NCBI GenBank assembly: GCA_902826065.1
Contig: CADEDM010000004.1
Location: forward strand, 4,547-68,546
Length of the DNA stretch: 64,000 nt
Source of the DNA: an uncultured Acidobacteriota bacterium
Lineage (GTDB): Bacteria > Acidobacteriota > Vicinamibacteria > Vicinamibacterales > UBA2999
Direction: 5' to 3'
Part shown: piece after piece, positions 37,758 through 47,580 of the stretch
Numbering within the stretch: the first letter of the stretch is position 1
Layout of the letters: each line of letters starts with the position of its first letter
The notes under the pieces: generated by a model
Database searches by the model: none
Told to the model about the DNA's origin: nothing
Seen by the model: only the letters and a program-made list of their open reading frames with translations
Translations under genes and position numbers: made by a program

Positions 37758-37982
37758 ATGGCGAAGCAGGTGACGACGACGATGAGTGATCAGTGGGCGC
37801 GCGTGATGGATGCCGCCCGCGCGCGCTGGGGCAAGCTGAGTGCCGACGACGTGCAGAGCGTGCAGGGCAACGCCGAGCGCCTGATCAGCGTGCTGCAGGC
37901 GCGCTACGGCTTCGGGCGCGGCGAGGCCCTCGACGAGCTGAAGCGGTGGCGGCGAACGCTGAGCGCCGGCGTAGCCGCCTGA
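37758..37982 (+). CDS. csbD: CsbD family general stress protein
   Basis: ORF 37758..37982 (74 aa). CsbD-like pattern WGKLSADDVQSVQGNAERLISVLQARYG. GAGGAG lies 6 nt upstream. Confidence 0.85.
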   Translation: MAKQVTTTMSDQWARVMDAARARWGKLSADDVQSVQGNAERLISVLQARYGFGRGEALDELKRWRRTLSAGVAA

Positions 37983-38058
37983 GTGCGGCCGTCATCACAC
38001 GACTCGGCGCTCGCGGCAGTTCGCCTCGACGGCGAGCGGGCGTGAGCGTCGTGTCCGA

Positions 38059-38074
38059 AGGCATCGTTCTTGCC
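38059..38074 (+). promoter_or_regulatory. sigma54-type -24/-12 promoter
   Basis: AGGCATcgttcTTGCC has correct spacing. The predicted TSS is near 38085, upstream of GTG 38143. Confidence 0.5.
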
Positions 38075-38142
38075 CCTCTCGGGCGTAGCGACGCACCGCC
38101 GTCCCTGGCTGAGGCCGCGTGCTACCCACCGAGGAGGTTCCC

Positions 38143-38856
38143 GTGCCCTATCTGAGCAAGTTCGTCCACTCCTTGTCGGCCGGCGGCTTCGCGATCGCGG
38201 CGCTGACGCCCGTCGCGGCCGCTGCCGACCCGGCTGCGGAGATCGCCAGGCTGCGTCAGGCCGGCGTGGTCCTGCAGGAGCTGGTGCAAGCCCCCGACGA
38301 CGCCATTCCCCAGCACATCCTCGATCGCGCCGAAGCCATCGTGGTCATCCCGACCCTCGTGAAAGGCGGCTTCATCATCGGCGCCGAGCACGGCAAGGGC
38401 GTGATGAGCCTCCGCGATCGCACGACCCGCGCGTGGAGCCTGCCAGCCTTCGTCGCGCTGACCGGAGGCAGCCTGGGCTGGCAGATCGGCGTGCAGTCGA
38501 TCGATCTCGTGCTGCTGGTGATGAACCCCGACGGCGTCGATGACCTGCTGCGGTCCGAGTTCACCCTCGGCGCGAACGCCTCGATCGCCGCGGGCCCCGT
38601 GGGCCGATCGGCGCAGGCCGCGACCGATGCGTCGATGTCGGCGAAGATCCTCGCCTACTCACGCGCGCGCGGCCTCTTCGCCGGCGTCAGCTTGCAGGGC
38701 GCCTCCCTGCGCGACGATCGCGACGCCAACGGCGACGTCTACGGGAAACCGCAGGACGCGGCCGACGTGTTCAAGACCTTGGCCGCGACGCCGGTGCCCG
38801 CGGCCGCGACGTCGTGGCGCGAGACGCTGGCGCGCCTGGCGCCGTTCTCACGCTGA
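38143..38856 (+). CDS. SYLF (Ysc84/DUF500) lipid-binding domain protein, secreted
   Basis: ORF 38119..38856. GTG 38143 is preferred because GAGGAGG lies 5 nt upstream. Signal peptide, then SYLF pattern AIVVIPTLVKGGFIIGAEHGKGVM...GGSLGWQIGVQSIDLVLLVMN...GANASIAAGPVGR...GLFAGVSLQGASL. Confidence 0.8.
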   Translation: MPYLSKFVHSLSAGGFAIAALTPVAAAADPAAEIARLRQAGVVLQELVQAPDDAIPQHILDRAEAIVVIPTLVKGGFIIGAEHGKGVMSLRDRTTRAWSLPAFVALTGGSLGWQIGVQSIDLVLLVMNPDGVDDLLRSEFTLGANASIAAGPVGRSAQAATDASMSAKILAYSRARGLFAGVSLQGASLRDDRDANGDVYGKPQDAADVFKTLAATPVPAAATSWRETLARLAPFSR

Positions 38857-38879
38857 CCGCGTCCCCGGAGACCATCGAC

Positions 38880-39068
38880 ATGAGCGTGCCCATCCAGCCC
38901 GAACCTTCGGATCTGCCGCCGCCCGGCCCCATGCCGCCGCCGCCGATCGTCCCGCCCGATCATCCGCAGGCGCCGGACGTGCATCGCCCGCCGCCGATCG
39001 ACCCGGAGCCCAATCGCCCTCCGGTGGACGATCCGCCGCCGGTGCCGGGGCCGCCGCTGCGGACGTAG
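38880..39068 (+). CDS. small proline-rich hypothetical protein (62 aa)
   Basis: Internal ATG of ORF 38814..39068, with GGAG 9 nt upstream and high GC3. About 45% Pro. It could be spurious in GC-rich DNA. Confidence 0.3.
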   Translation: MSVPIQPEPSDLPPPGPMPPPPIVPPDHPQAPDVHRPPPIDPEPNRPPVDDPPPVPGPPLRT

Positions 39069-39202
39069 CGGGCCGGCGGGCGCGCCGCCTCGACGAGGCT
39101 CAGGCGCGTACATGACGAACGGGCCGCGCGGCGCTCCTGAAAGCGCCTGCGCGACCCGTCCGGACGTCGAGCGGCAGCGCTCGAACGCGAACGCGAGCGC
39201 CG

Positions 39203-39352
39203 TCAGACGGGGTTGCGGCCCTGGATGATGCGGATGCACATCACCGCGATCGCCAGCACCAGCAGCAGGTGGATGAACCCGCCCATCGTGTACGAACTCA
39301 CCATCCCCAGCAGCCACAGGATCAGCAACAGAATCAGAATCGTGTTGAGCAT
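39203..39352 (-). CDS. lmo0937 family small membrane protein (49 aa)
   Basis: C-terminal part of ORF 39203..39820. MLNTILILLLILWLLGMVSSYTMGGFIHLLLVLAIAVMCIRIIQGRNPV matches the remembered family pattern (...WLLG...SYT.GGFIH.LLV.A......I.GR). GGAGG lies 5 nt upstream of ATG 39352. Confidence 0.8.
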   Translation of the reverse strand: MLNTILILLLILWLLGMVSSYTMGGFIHLLLVLAIAVMCIRIIQGRNPV

Positions 39353-39384
39353 GACGTCCTCCGAAAACAGTGTCTTGATGCGCC

Positions 39385-39699
39385 TCAGGCGACGGGTTGT
39401 TCGCCCCGCGCCCGGCGCGTGGCCGAGTGGGCCACCGAACGGGCCCGGGCTTCGAGCGCGTGCGCGGCCGAGCCCACGGTCTCCTGCAGGCTGTTGACCG
39501 CGCCGCCGGCGCGCGACGCCAGCGTCTCGTAGCGATTCGCGGCCGCGGTACGCAGGCCGTCCATCGACTCGCCGAGCTCCGACCGCAGCACCCGGCCCGA
39601 CTTGGGAGCGAACAGCAGGGCCAGTCCGGCGCCGATGAGGGCGCCCGAGACGATGCCTGCGGCGACGCGGCGTGTGTTGTCGTAGTCGTTGCGATACAT
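39385..39699 (-). CDS. YtxH domain-containing protein
   Basis: Within ORF 39385..39807; start at ATG 39699 with GGAG upstream. N-terminal TM GIVSGALIGAGLALLFAPKSG and a helical tail typical of YtxH. Confidence 0.8.
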   Translation of the reverse strand: MYRNDYDNTRRVAAGIVSGALIGAGLALLFAPKSGRVLRSELGESMDGLRTAAANRYETLASRAGGAVNSLQETVGSAAHALEARARSVAHSATRRARGEQPVA

Positions 39700-39799
39700 C
39701 ACGTGTCTCCTTCGACAAGTGGGCCGTCGAGCGCCGCGCACGGCACGCCCGCCGCCGCGACTGAGCGCGGCGCCGGTTCGGCTCTGCCTCCGCCCTAGA

Positions 39800-39814
39800 G
39801 CGAACACCGTGCCA
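39800..39814 (-). promoter_or_regulatory. sigma54-like -24/-12 motif
   Basis: The reverse complement reads TGGCACggtgtTCGC (TCGC instead of TTGC). It lies 100 nt upstream of the ytxH ATG and is divergent from the activator gene. Confidence 0.4.
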
Positions 39815-39992
39815 GCTCAAAAGCCGGTTCTGTCGTGGCGTATAGGTAGTGCGTTACCCATTCACGGGAGTCGCTGCGCCTCGCAGCCGCCCCGATCCCT
39901 GCGCGCGAATAACATAGGGGTGCCATGCCCCCCTTTCCCCTGCCCCTGCCTCGACCGTCAACCGTCAGCGCGCGCCCGCCCGAGGAGTCGAG

Positions 39993-41549
39993 GTGACCGG
40001 CCGCATCGCCGTTGTCGACGACGATCGCGCGTTCACCGAGTACATGGCGACGTGGCTCGGCGCGCGCGGCCTGGCCGTCGACGTCTTCCACAGCGGCACC
40101 GCCCTGCTCGACGCCCTGCGTGGCGGCCTGGCGCCGCAGGTGGTCCTGCTCGACGTGCTGATGCCCGAGCTGAGCGGGCTCGACACGCTGCGGGCCATCC
40201 GCCAGACGAGTGCGGCGCCACAGGTCATCATCCTGTCGGGCCGGCAGGCGCCGGCCACGGTGATCGAAGCGGTGCGCCTGGGCGCTGCCGACTACGTGCT
40301 CAAGCCCGATGACCCCGACGGCGTCGGCGAGGCCGCGCTCGAGGCCGCGATCAACCGTGCCCTGGAGCGGGAAACGCTCGCCGCCGAGGTGGCGCGGCTC
40401 GGCGCGCAGATGAGCGAGGAGCCCGACGGCGCCCAGCCTTACTGGAGCGCCGGCGCGGCCATGCAGCGCGTCATGGCGATGGTGGAGCGCGTCGCCGACA
40501 GCGACGTCGGCGTGCTGATTCGCGGCGAAAGCGGCGTCGGCAAGGAGGTGATCGCGCGCGAGCTGCATCGGCGCTCGCCCCGTCGCGCCCATCCATACGT
40601 GAAGGTGAACTGCGCGGCGCTGCCCGCCGATCTGCTGGAAAGCGAGCTGTTCGGACACGAGCGCGGCGCCTTCACCGGCGCCGGCGCGACCCGCGTCGGG
40701 CGCTTCGAGTTCGCGCAGCGCGGCACCATCATGCTCGACGAGATTGGCGAGATGCCGCTGGCGCTGCAGGCCAAGATCCTGCACGCACTGCAGGACCGGT
40801 CGTTCACGCGCCTGGGCAGCAATCGCGCCATCGACGTCGACGTGCGCGTGATCTCGGCGACCAATCGCGATCTCGACGCGATGATGCGGGCCGGCACGTT
40901 CCGCGAGGACCTCTACTACCGCCTGCAGGTGATCGAACTGCGCGTGCCGCCGTTGCGCGAGCGCGTCGATGAGATCGCGCCCCTGGTCGAGTTCTTCCTG
41001 GCCAAGTACGCGCGCGTCTACCGCCGGCCGCCGGTGCGACCGTCGCCACTGCTGCTGCAGGCCCTGCGGCAGTATGCGTGGCCGGGCAACATCCGCGAAC
41101 TCGAGAACATGATGAAGCGGCTGGTGGTGCTGCAGGACGAGGGGCTGATTCTCGCCGAGCTCGATCGCCTGCGGACCGAGGCGTCGTCAGCGGCGGCCGA
41201 GAGCCACGTCCGCGCGGCCGAGCCCGCGCGGCCGGCGCCGCTGCCGCTCGCGGGACCGCCGATCATGCCGCTGACCGTCGAGACGACGGCCGCTGACGAC
41301 GCGTCGCCCGGCGCAGCCGCGGCCATCGTGGACGAGGCGCCCGTCGCGGAGCCGGCGCCGGATCCGGCGGTCGTCGGCCTGCACGCCGTGGCTCGGGCCG
41401 CGGCGCAGAAGGCCGAGCGGGAGGCGATCCTCCAGGCGCTGGGCATGTTCCGCTGGAACCGCCGCAAGGTCGCCGACTACCTCGACGTGAGCTACAAGAC
41501 GCTGCTGACGAAGATGAAGGACTGCGGCATCTCGGACGCCGCGCAATGA
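39993..41549 (+). CDS. sigma54-dependent Fis-family response regulator (NtrC-type bacterial enhancer-binding protein)
   Basis: ORF 39993..41549, with GAGGAG 5 nt upstream of the GTG. REC domain (VVLLDVLMPELSG), AAA+ domain with Walker A GESGVGKE and the sigma54-contact loop GAFTGA, a long Ala/Pro linker, and a C-terminal Fis-type HTH (NRRKVADYLDVSYKTLLTKMK). Confidence 0.9.
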   Translation: MTGRIAVVDDDRAFTEYMATWLGARGLAVDVFHSGTALLDALRGGLAPQVVLLDVLMPELSGLDTLRAIRQTSAAPQVIILSGRQAPATVIEAVRLGAADYVLKPDDPDGVGEAALEAAINRALERETLAAEVARLGAQMSEEPDGAQPYWSAGAAMQRVMAMVERVADSDVGVLIRGESGVGKEVIARELHRRSPRRAHPYVKVNCAALPADLLESELFGHERGAFTGAGATRVGRFEFAQRGTIMLDEIGEMPLALQAKILHALQDRSFTRLGSNRAIDVDVRVISATNRDLDAMMRAGTFREDLYYRLQVIELRVPPLRERVDEIAPLVEFFLAKYARVYRRPPVRPSPLLLQALRQYAWPGNIRELENMMKRLVVLQDEGLILAELDRLRTEASSAAAESHVRAAEPARPAPLPLAGPPIMPLTVETTAADDASPGAAAAIVDEAPVAEPAPDPAVVGLHAVARAAAQKAEREAILQALGMFRWNRRKVADYLDVSYKTLLTKMKDCGISDAAQ

Positions 41550-42163
41550 GCGACCTCGAGCGCGTGCTCTCCCGCCTGCTGCACGACCTGCGCAGCCCGA
41601 TGGGCGTCGCCAGCGGCTACCTGCGCCTGGTCCGTGACGGACAACTGGGCAGCAGCGAAGACGTGACCCGCGCCATCGGCAAGGCCCAGGACGCCTTGCG
41701 GGCGATGGCCGGCGTCTGCGGCGACGCCACGGCATGGCTCGACTTCGACCCGGCGTCGGCGCCGCACGCCGTCGCCCTCGAGCGCTTTCTCGGCCGGATC
41801 GCGACCCACGCCGCGACGAAGCTGCCGGGGCTGGCACTGCCGAACGCCGACCGCGACGGCACGCTGACCCTCACGTTCGGGGACGACCGGGTGGCCGAGG
41901 CGGTCGTGGATATGCTCGCCGCCGTGTCGACACCATCGCGGTTGCCGTGCGCGGCCGGCATCGATGGCGACACGCTGTGGTTCGCGGTCGAGGGCCCCGT
42001 CCCGACGGAGGGCCAGGCCGTGCCGGCTTTCGACCCGTGGCGCTCTCCGGGCTTCGCCGTGCCGCTCGCCCACCGCGCCATCGTGCAGGCCGGCGGCCGC
42101 TGCGAGGTCGCCGCCGATGCCGGCCAGCGCCTCCGCGTCGCGTTCAGGCTGGGCCGGGCGTAA
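41546..42163 (+). CDS. histidine-kinase-like protein with H-box but degenerate ATPase domain
   Basis: ORF 41546..42163. The ATG overlaps the activator stop (ATGA). H-box LLHDLRSPMGVASGYL. The C-terminal part has only faint HATPase_c resemblance; no clear N, G1 or G2 boxes are seen. No TM or sensor domain. Confidence 0.55.
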   Translation: MSDLERVLSRLLHDLRSPMGVASGYLRLVRDGQLGSSEDVTRAIGKAQDALRAMAGVCGDATAWLDFDPASAPHAVALERFLGRIATHAATKLPGLALPNADRDGTLTLTFGDDRVAEAVVDMLAAVSTPSRLPCAAGIDGDTLWFAVEGPVPTEGQAVPAFDPWRSPGFAVPLAHRAIVQAGGRCEVAADAGQRLRVAFRLGRA

Positions 42164-42548
42164 CCGGATCGGCCGCGGGGGCGGCCCGGCGCGCGGCCGC
42201 CACGCGGCGGATCTCCGCGACCAGCGCATCGGGATCGCACGGCTTCACGATCACGCTGTCGAATCCGTCGGCGCGCGCATCGTCGCGGAACGTCGGCGAG
42301 TGCCCGGTGGCGGCGATGAGAGGAATGTGAGACGTGGCGGCGTCGGCGCGCAGCGCCCGGGCCACCTCGGTGCCCGAGAGACCGGGCATCTGCAGGTCCA
42401 GGACGATCACGTCGGGAAGCAGCGCCCGCGCCTGCGCGAGGCCGTCGATGCCGTTGGTGGCGGTAGCCACCGTGAAGCCGGCGGTGGTGAGGAACAGATC
42501 CCACACCTCGAGGGCATCCGGAAAATCGTCGACCAGCAGCACGGTCAT
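42144..42548 (-). CDS. single-domain response regulator (CheY-like)
   Basis: Within ORF 42144..42599; start at ATG 42548 (MTVLLVDDFPDALEVW...VIVLDLQMPGLSG...VIVKPCD). Confidence 0.85.
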   Translation of the reverse strand: MTVLLVDDFPDALEVWDLFLTTAGFTVATATNGIDGLAQARALLPDVIVLDLQMPGLSGTEVARALRADAATSHIPLIAATGHSPTFRDDARADGFDSVIVKPCDPDALVAEIRRVAAARRAAPAADPVTPGPA

Positions 42549-42605
42549 GGCGCGCACCCTCTGAACGGCACCCTCAACGGGACGCCCGGGCGACAGCATA
42601 CCGCG

Positions 42606-43814
42606 TCAGCGCGACGGCGCCGGATCGGGCGCCCGCAGGGCCGCCACCGGCCACGTCAGTCGGAAGGTCGTGCCCGCCCCCTCGGACGAGGCCACCGTGA
42701 CGTTGCCGCCCATGGCATCCATGCACTCGCGCACGATCGACAGCCCGAGGCCCAGCCCCTGGGCGCCCAGTTCGTCGTCGAGGTGTGCGTGCACGCGCAC
42801 GAACTGCTCGAAGATGAGCGACAGCTTGGCCGCCGGGATGCCGATGCCGTTGTCGTCGACGCGCACGGCCGGTGCGTCGCCGGGCTCGACGCTGATCCGC
42901 ACGAGGCGCCCGTGCTTCTCGGGGTCGCTGTACTTCACCGCGTTGGCGAGCAGGTTGATGAGCACGAGCTCGACGCGGCCGGGGTCGGTGACCAACCGCG
43001 GCAGGTCGTCGGCGATCTCGATGCGCACGCCGCGCACGTCGGCCATGTCGGCGAGCTGCTGCGCCACGTCGCGGGCCGTCGCCGCGAGGTCCACGGCCTG
43101 ATCGTTCGGCGCTGAGCGCGATCGCCGCGTCAGGCGTGCCAGGCGCTCCAGCTTGCCGGTGACGTCGCCGAGACGGCCGACGTTGCGGTCGAGCGTGTCG
43201 ATGAGGCGCGCGCGATGCGCCTCGTCGGCAGTGGCCATGAGCCGCGTGAGCACCTGCAGCACACCCAGCGGCTGGCGGATCTCGTGGCTGACGAGGCGTC
43301 CGAAACTCTCCAGTTGTCCGTGCTGCCGATCGATCATCTCGCTGTAGCGGGCGATGAACGCATCCACGGTCTTGCGCTGCAGCTCGCGCACGGCCTGCTG
43401 CGCGCGCGCCAGCGCCAGCACCGCGGCGGTCGCGTCGGCTTGCTCCCCGAGGGCGGCGCACTCGCGGGCGAAGAAGCTCTCGAGGATCTCGCTGAGGAAC
43501 TGGTACTCGCGCAGCAGCTGGTGCACCGAGGCCCGCTGGTCGAAGCGCAGCATGCCCAGCTCGGTGGCTTTCGCCATCACCTGCGTGTTTGCGGCGATCT
43601 CCTGGTCGGCCGGGGCCCGCAGGTAGATCGCGATCTGGCGCAGCAGCTCGGGGATGTGGTCGAGCAGCTGGTGGCTGGGGAAGACCTCGTGCCGGTCGAC
43701 GTCGAGCAGAGCGTCGAGCCGTTCGAGCCACGCCTGTGCCAGGGCCAGATGTTCGGCCGTGAGGCGGGACGCGAGGTGGTTGATGGTGCCGTCGAAGTGG
43801 CGGGGGCTGGACAT
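42606..43814 (-). CDS. sensor histidine kinase (RsbRD-N-like helical N-domain + HisKA + HATPase_c)
   Basis: ORF 42606..43844; start probably at ATG 43814. H-box LVSHEIRQPLGVLQ. ATPase motifs NLLANAVKY, DNGIGIP and GLGLGLSIVRECMDAMGG. Confidence 0.85.
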   Translation of the reverse strand: MSSPRHFDGTINHLASRLTAEHLALAQAWLERLDALLDVDRHEVFPSHQLLDHIPELLRQIAIYLRAPADQEIAANTQVMAKATELGMLRFDQRASVHQLLREYQFLSEILESFFARECAALGEQADATAAVLALARAQQAVRELQRKTVDAFIARYSEMIDRQHGQLESFGRLVSHEIRQPLGVLQVLTRLMATADEAHRARLIDTLDRNVGRLGDVTGKLERLARLTRRSRSAPNDQAVDLAATARDVAQQLADMADVRGVRIEIADDLPRLVTDPGRVELVLINLLANAVKYSDPEKHGRLVRISVEPGDAPAVRVDDNGIGIPAAKLSLIFEQFVRVHAHLDDELGAQGLGLGLSIVRECMDAMGGNVTVASSEGAGTTFRLTWPVAALRAPDPAPSR

Positions 43815-43935
43815 CCTTACGCGTCGCGCGCTGGAGCGACACACGTATCATATCGAGGCTGGCCCCTTCCGGCTCGGTCGCAGGAGAAGGGCCAATTCGA
43901 CGGCCGTCCCCCGGCGGCGCCATTTCGGAGTGCCA

Positions 43936-46203
<2,268 letters not shown>

Positions 46204-46269
46204 GCGGCGTCTCCGTCGGTTCGGCCGGGCTTGCACTAAACCTCGGCTCTCACTCGTCTACCTCTTCAG

Positions 46270-46851
46270 ATGACCGAGACGGCAGGCCGTGAGCCGGTCG
46301 CCGCTCCGTCCGACCGCGGGCTCACGGAGCTGGTCGGGCGCGAGCGGTCCCGGCTGGCCGCCTTCATTCGCCGGCGGGTCGCCGATCCGATCGACGCGGA
46401 AGACATCCTGCAGGATGTCTTCGCCGAGCTGGTCGAGGCCAACCGTCTGCTGATGCCGATCGAGCACGTCACGGCGTGGCTCTATCGCGTGGCCCGCAAC
46501 CGCATCATCGACGTCTTCCGCAAGAAGACGCCGGAGCGCTTCGACGATGTCGCACCGATGGGCGCCGACGGCGAGCGCCTGTCGCTCGACGAGTTCCTGC
46601 CCTCGAGCGCCGATGATCCCGACGCCGCGCTCATGCGGCAGGAGCTGCTCGACACGCTCGACGCTGCGGTGGCGGAGCTGCCCTCCGAGCAGCGCGACGT
46701 GTTCCTGTGGCACGAGCTCGACGGCCGCACGTTCGCCGAGATGGCGTCGGCCACCGGCCTCAGCATCAACACCCTGCTCTCGCGCAAGCGCTACGCCGTG
46801 CAGCGGCTGCGCGCGCGCCTGCAGCAGGCGTACGACGACCTCGACACGTAG
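46270..46851 (+). CDS. ECF-type RNA polymerase sigma factor
   Basis: ORF 46270..46851. Region 2 (AEDILQDVFAELV, WLYRVARNRIIDVFRKK) and region 4 (LPSEQRDVFLWHELDGRTFAEMASATGLSINTLLSRKRYA). Confidence 0.85.
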   Translation: MTETAGREPVAAPSDRGLTELVGRERSRLAAFIRRRVADPIDAEDILQDVFAELVEANRLLMPIEHVTAWLYRVARNRIIDVFRKKTPERFDDVAPMGADGERLSLDEFLPSSADDPDAALMRQELLDTLDAAVAELPSEQRDVFLWHELDGRTFAEMASATGLSINTLLSRKRYAVQRLRARLQQAYDDLDT

Positions 46852-46862
46852 GAGATCCGGAC

Positions 46863-47222
46863 ATGCGATCCCGCTTCCTCTTCTTCGCTCCGCTGGCGCT
46901 GCTCGGCTTCCTGGGCTTCATCGCCCTCGGCGGCTACATCGTGCAGCTCCTGTGGAACTGGCTGTTGCCCGGCCTGTTCGGCGTGCCGTCGGTGACGTTC
47001 TGGCAGGCCCTGGGCCTGCTGCTGCTCAGTCGCATCCTGTTCGGCCGGATTGGCGGGCGTGGCGGGCCCCGCTGGGGTCACGGCAGCCGGATGCGCGAGC
47101 GCTTCCGCGAGCGGATGGGCGAACGCTGGCACGGGATGCCCGACGACCAGCGCGACCGGGTGCGCGCCCGCATGCGCGAGCGGTTCGGGTTCGACGAGCG
47201 GCCCGAGTCGCGTGACCTGTGA
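46863..47222 (+). CDS. hypothetical membrane protein with Arg-rich RMRERF-repeat tail (possible sigma-factor partner)
   Basis: Internal ATG of ORF 46707..47222, with AGGAG upstream, 11 nt after the sigma gene. Two or three TM helices followed by a charged tail (SRMRERFRERMGERW...RARMRERFGF). Confidence 0.55.
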   Translation: MRSRFLFFAPLALLGFLGFIALGGYIVQLLWNWLLPGLFGVPSVTFWQALGLLLLSRILFGRIGGRGGPRWGHGSRMRERFRERMGERWHGMPDDQRDRVRARMRERFGFDERPESRDL

Positions 47223-47396
47223 GCAGCGGCTTGACGACACCTCCGGCTCCGTGTGAGCATCGGAGGGTCGTGTTCCATTCGTCGATCCCCGCGCCGGTGT
47301 GTTGTTGCGGCGGCTTCATGCCTCCCACGGCCATGCTGCGCGTCGAGCGATCGACCCCCTAGACATCCAGTTCCACCAGGGACGTTTCCCGCAGCA

Positions 47397-47440
47397 GGCC
47401 CGGAAGGCGTAGACACGCTCTCCGGGCCTTCGTGTTTGTA
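47397..47440 (+). terminator. hairpin followed by a T-rich tract
   Basis: ggcccgga...tccgggcc forms an 8-bp outer stem, with an inner gcgt/acgc stem, followed by ttcgtgtttgt. It lies about 40 nt upstream of tRNA-Cys. Confidence 0.35.
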
Positions 47441-47482
47441 CGCCCGTTGTCAGAGGAGCCGGAACAGGCAGAGACGTTCACG

Positions 47483-47558
47483 GGTGCGGTGGCGAAGAGG
47501 CGAACGCGACGGTCTGCAAAGCCGTTATTCGAGGGTTCGAGTCCCTCCCGCACCTCCA
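47483..47558 (+). tRNA. tRNA-Cys (anticodon GCA)
   Basis: A 76-nt cloverleaf folded by hand. The 7-bp acceptor stem GGTGCGG/CCGCACC is perfect. U8 is present. The D-arm has an A13:A22 mismatch. The anticodon stem is ACGGT/GCCGT with loop CTGCAAA. The variable loop is 5 nt. The T-arm is GAGGG-TTCGAGT-CCCTC. The discriminator is U73 (a Cys identity element) and CCA is encoded. Confidence 0.93.
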
Positions 47559-47580
47559 ACTCCGAAGGAGCAGTGAGTCC

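Noticed and set aside
47253-47576. 107-aa plus-strand ORF
   Set aside because: It reads straight through the tRNA-Cys gene and the upstream hairpin. The composition is Arg/Pro/Ser-rich and it has no RBS.
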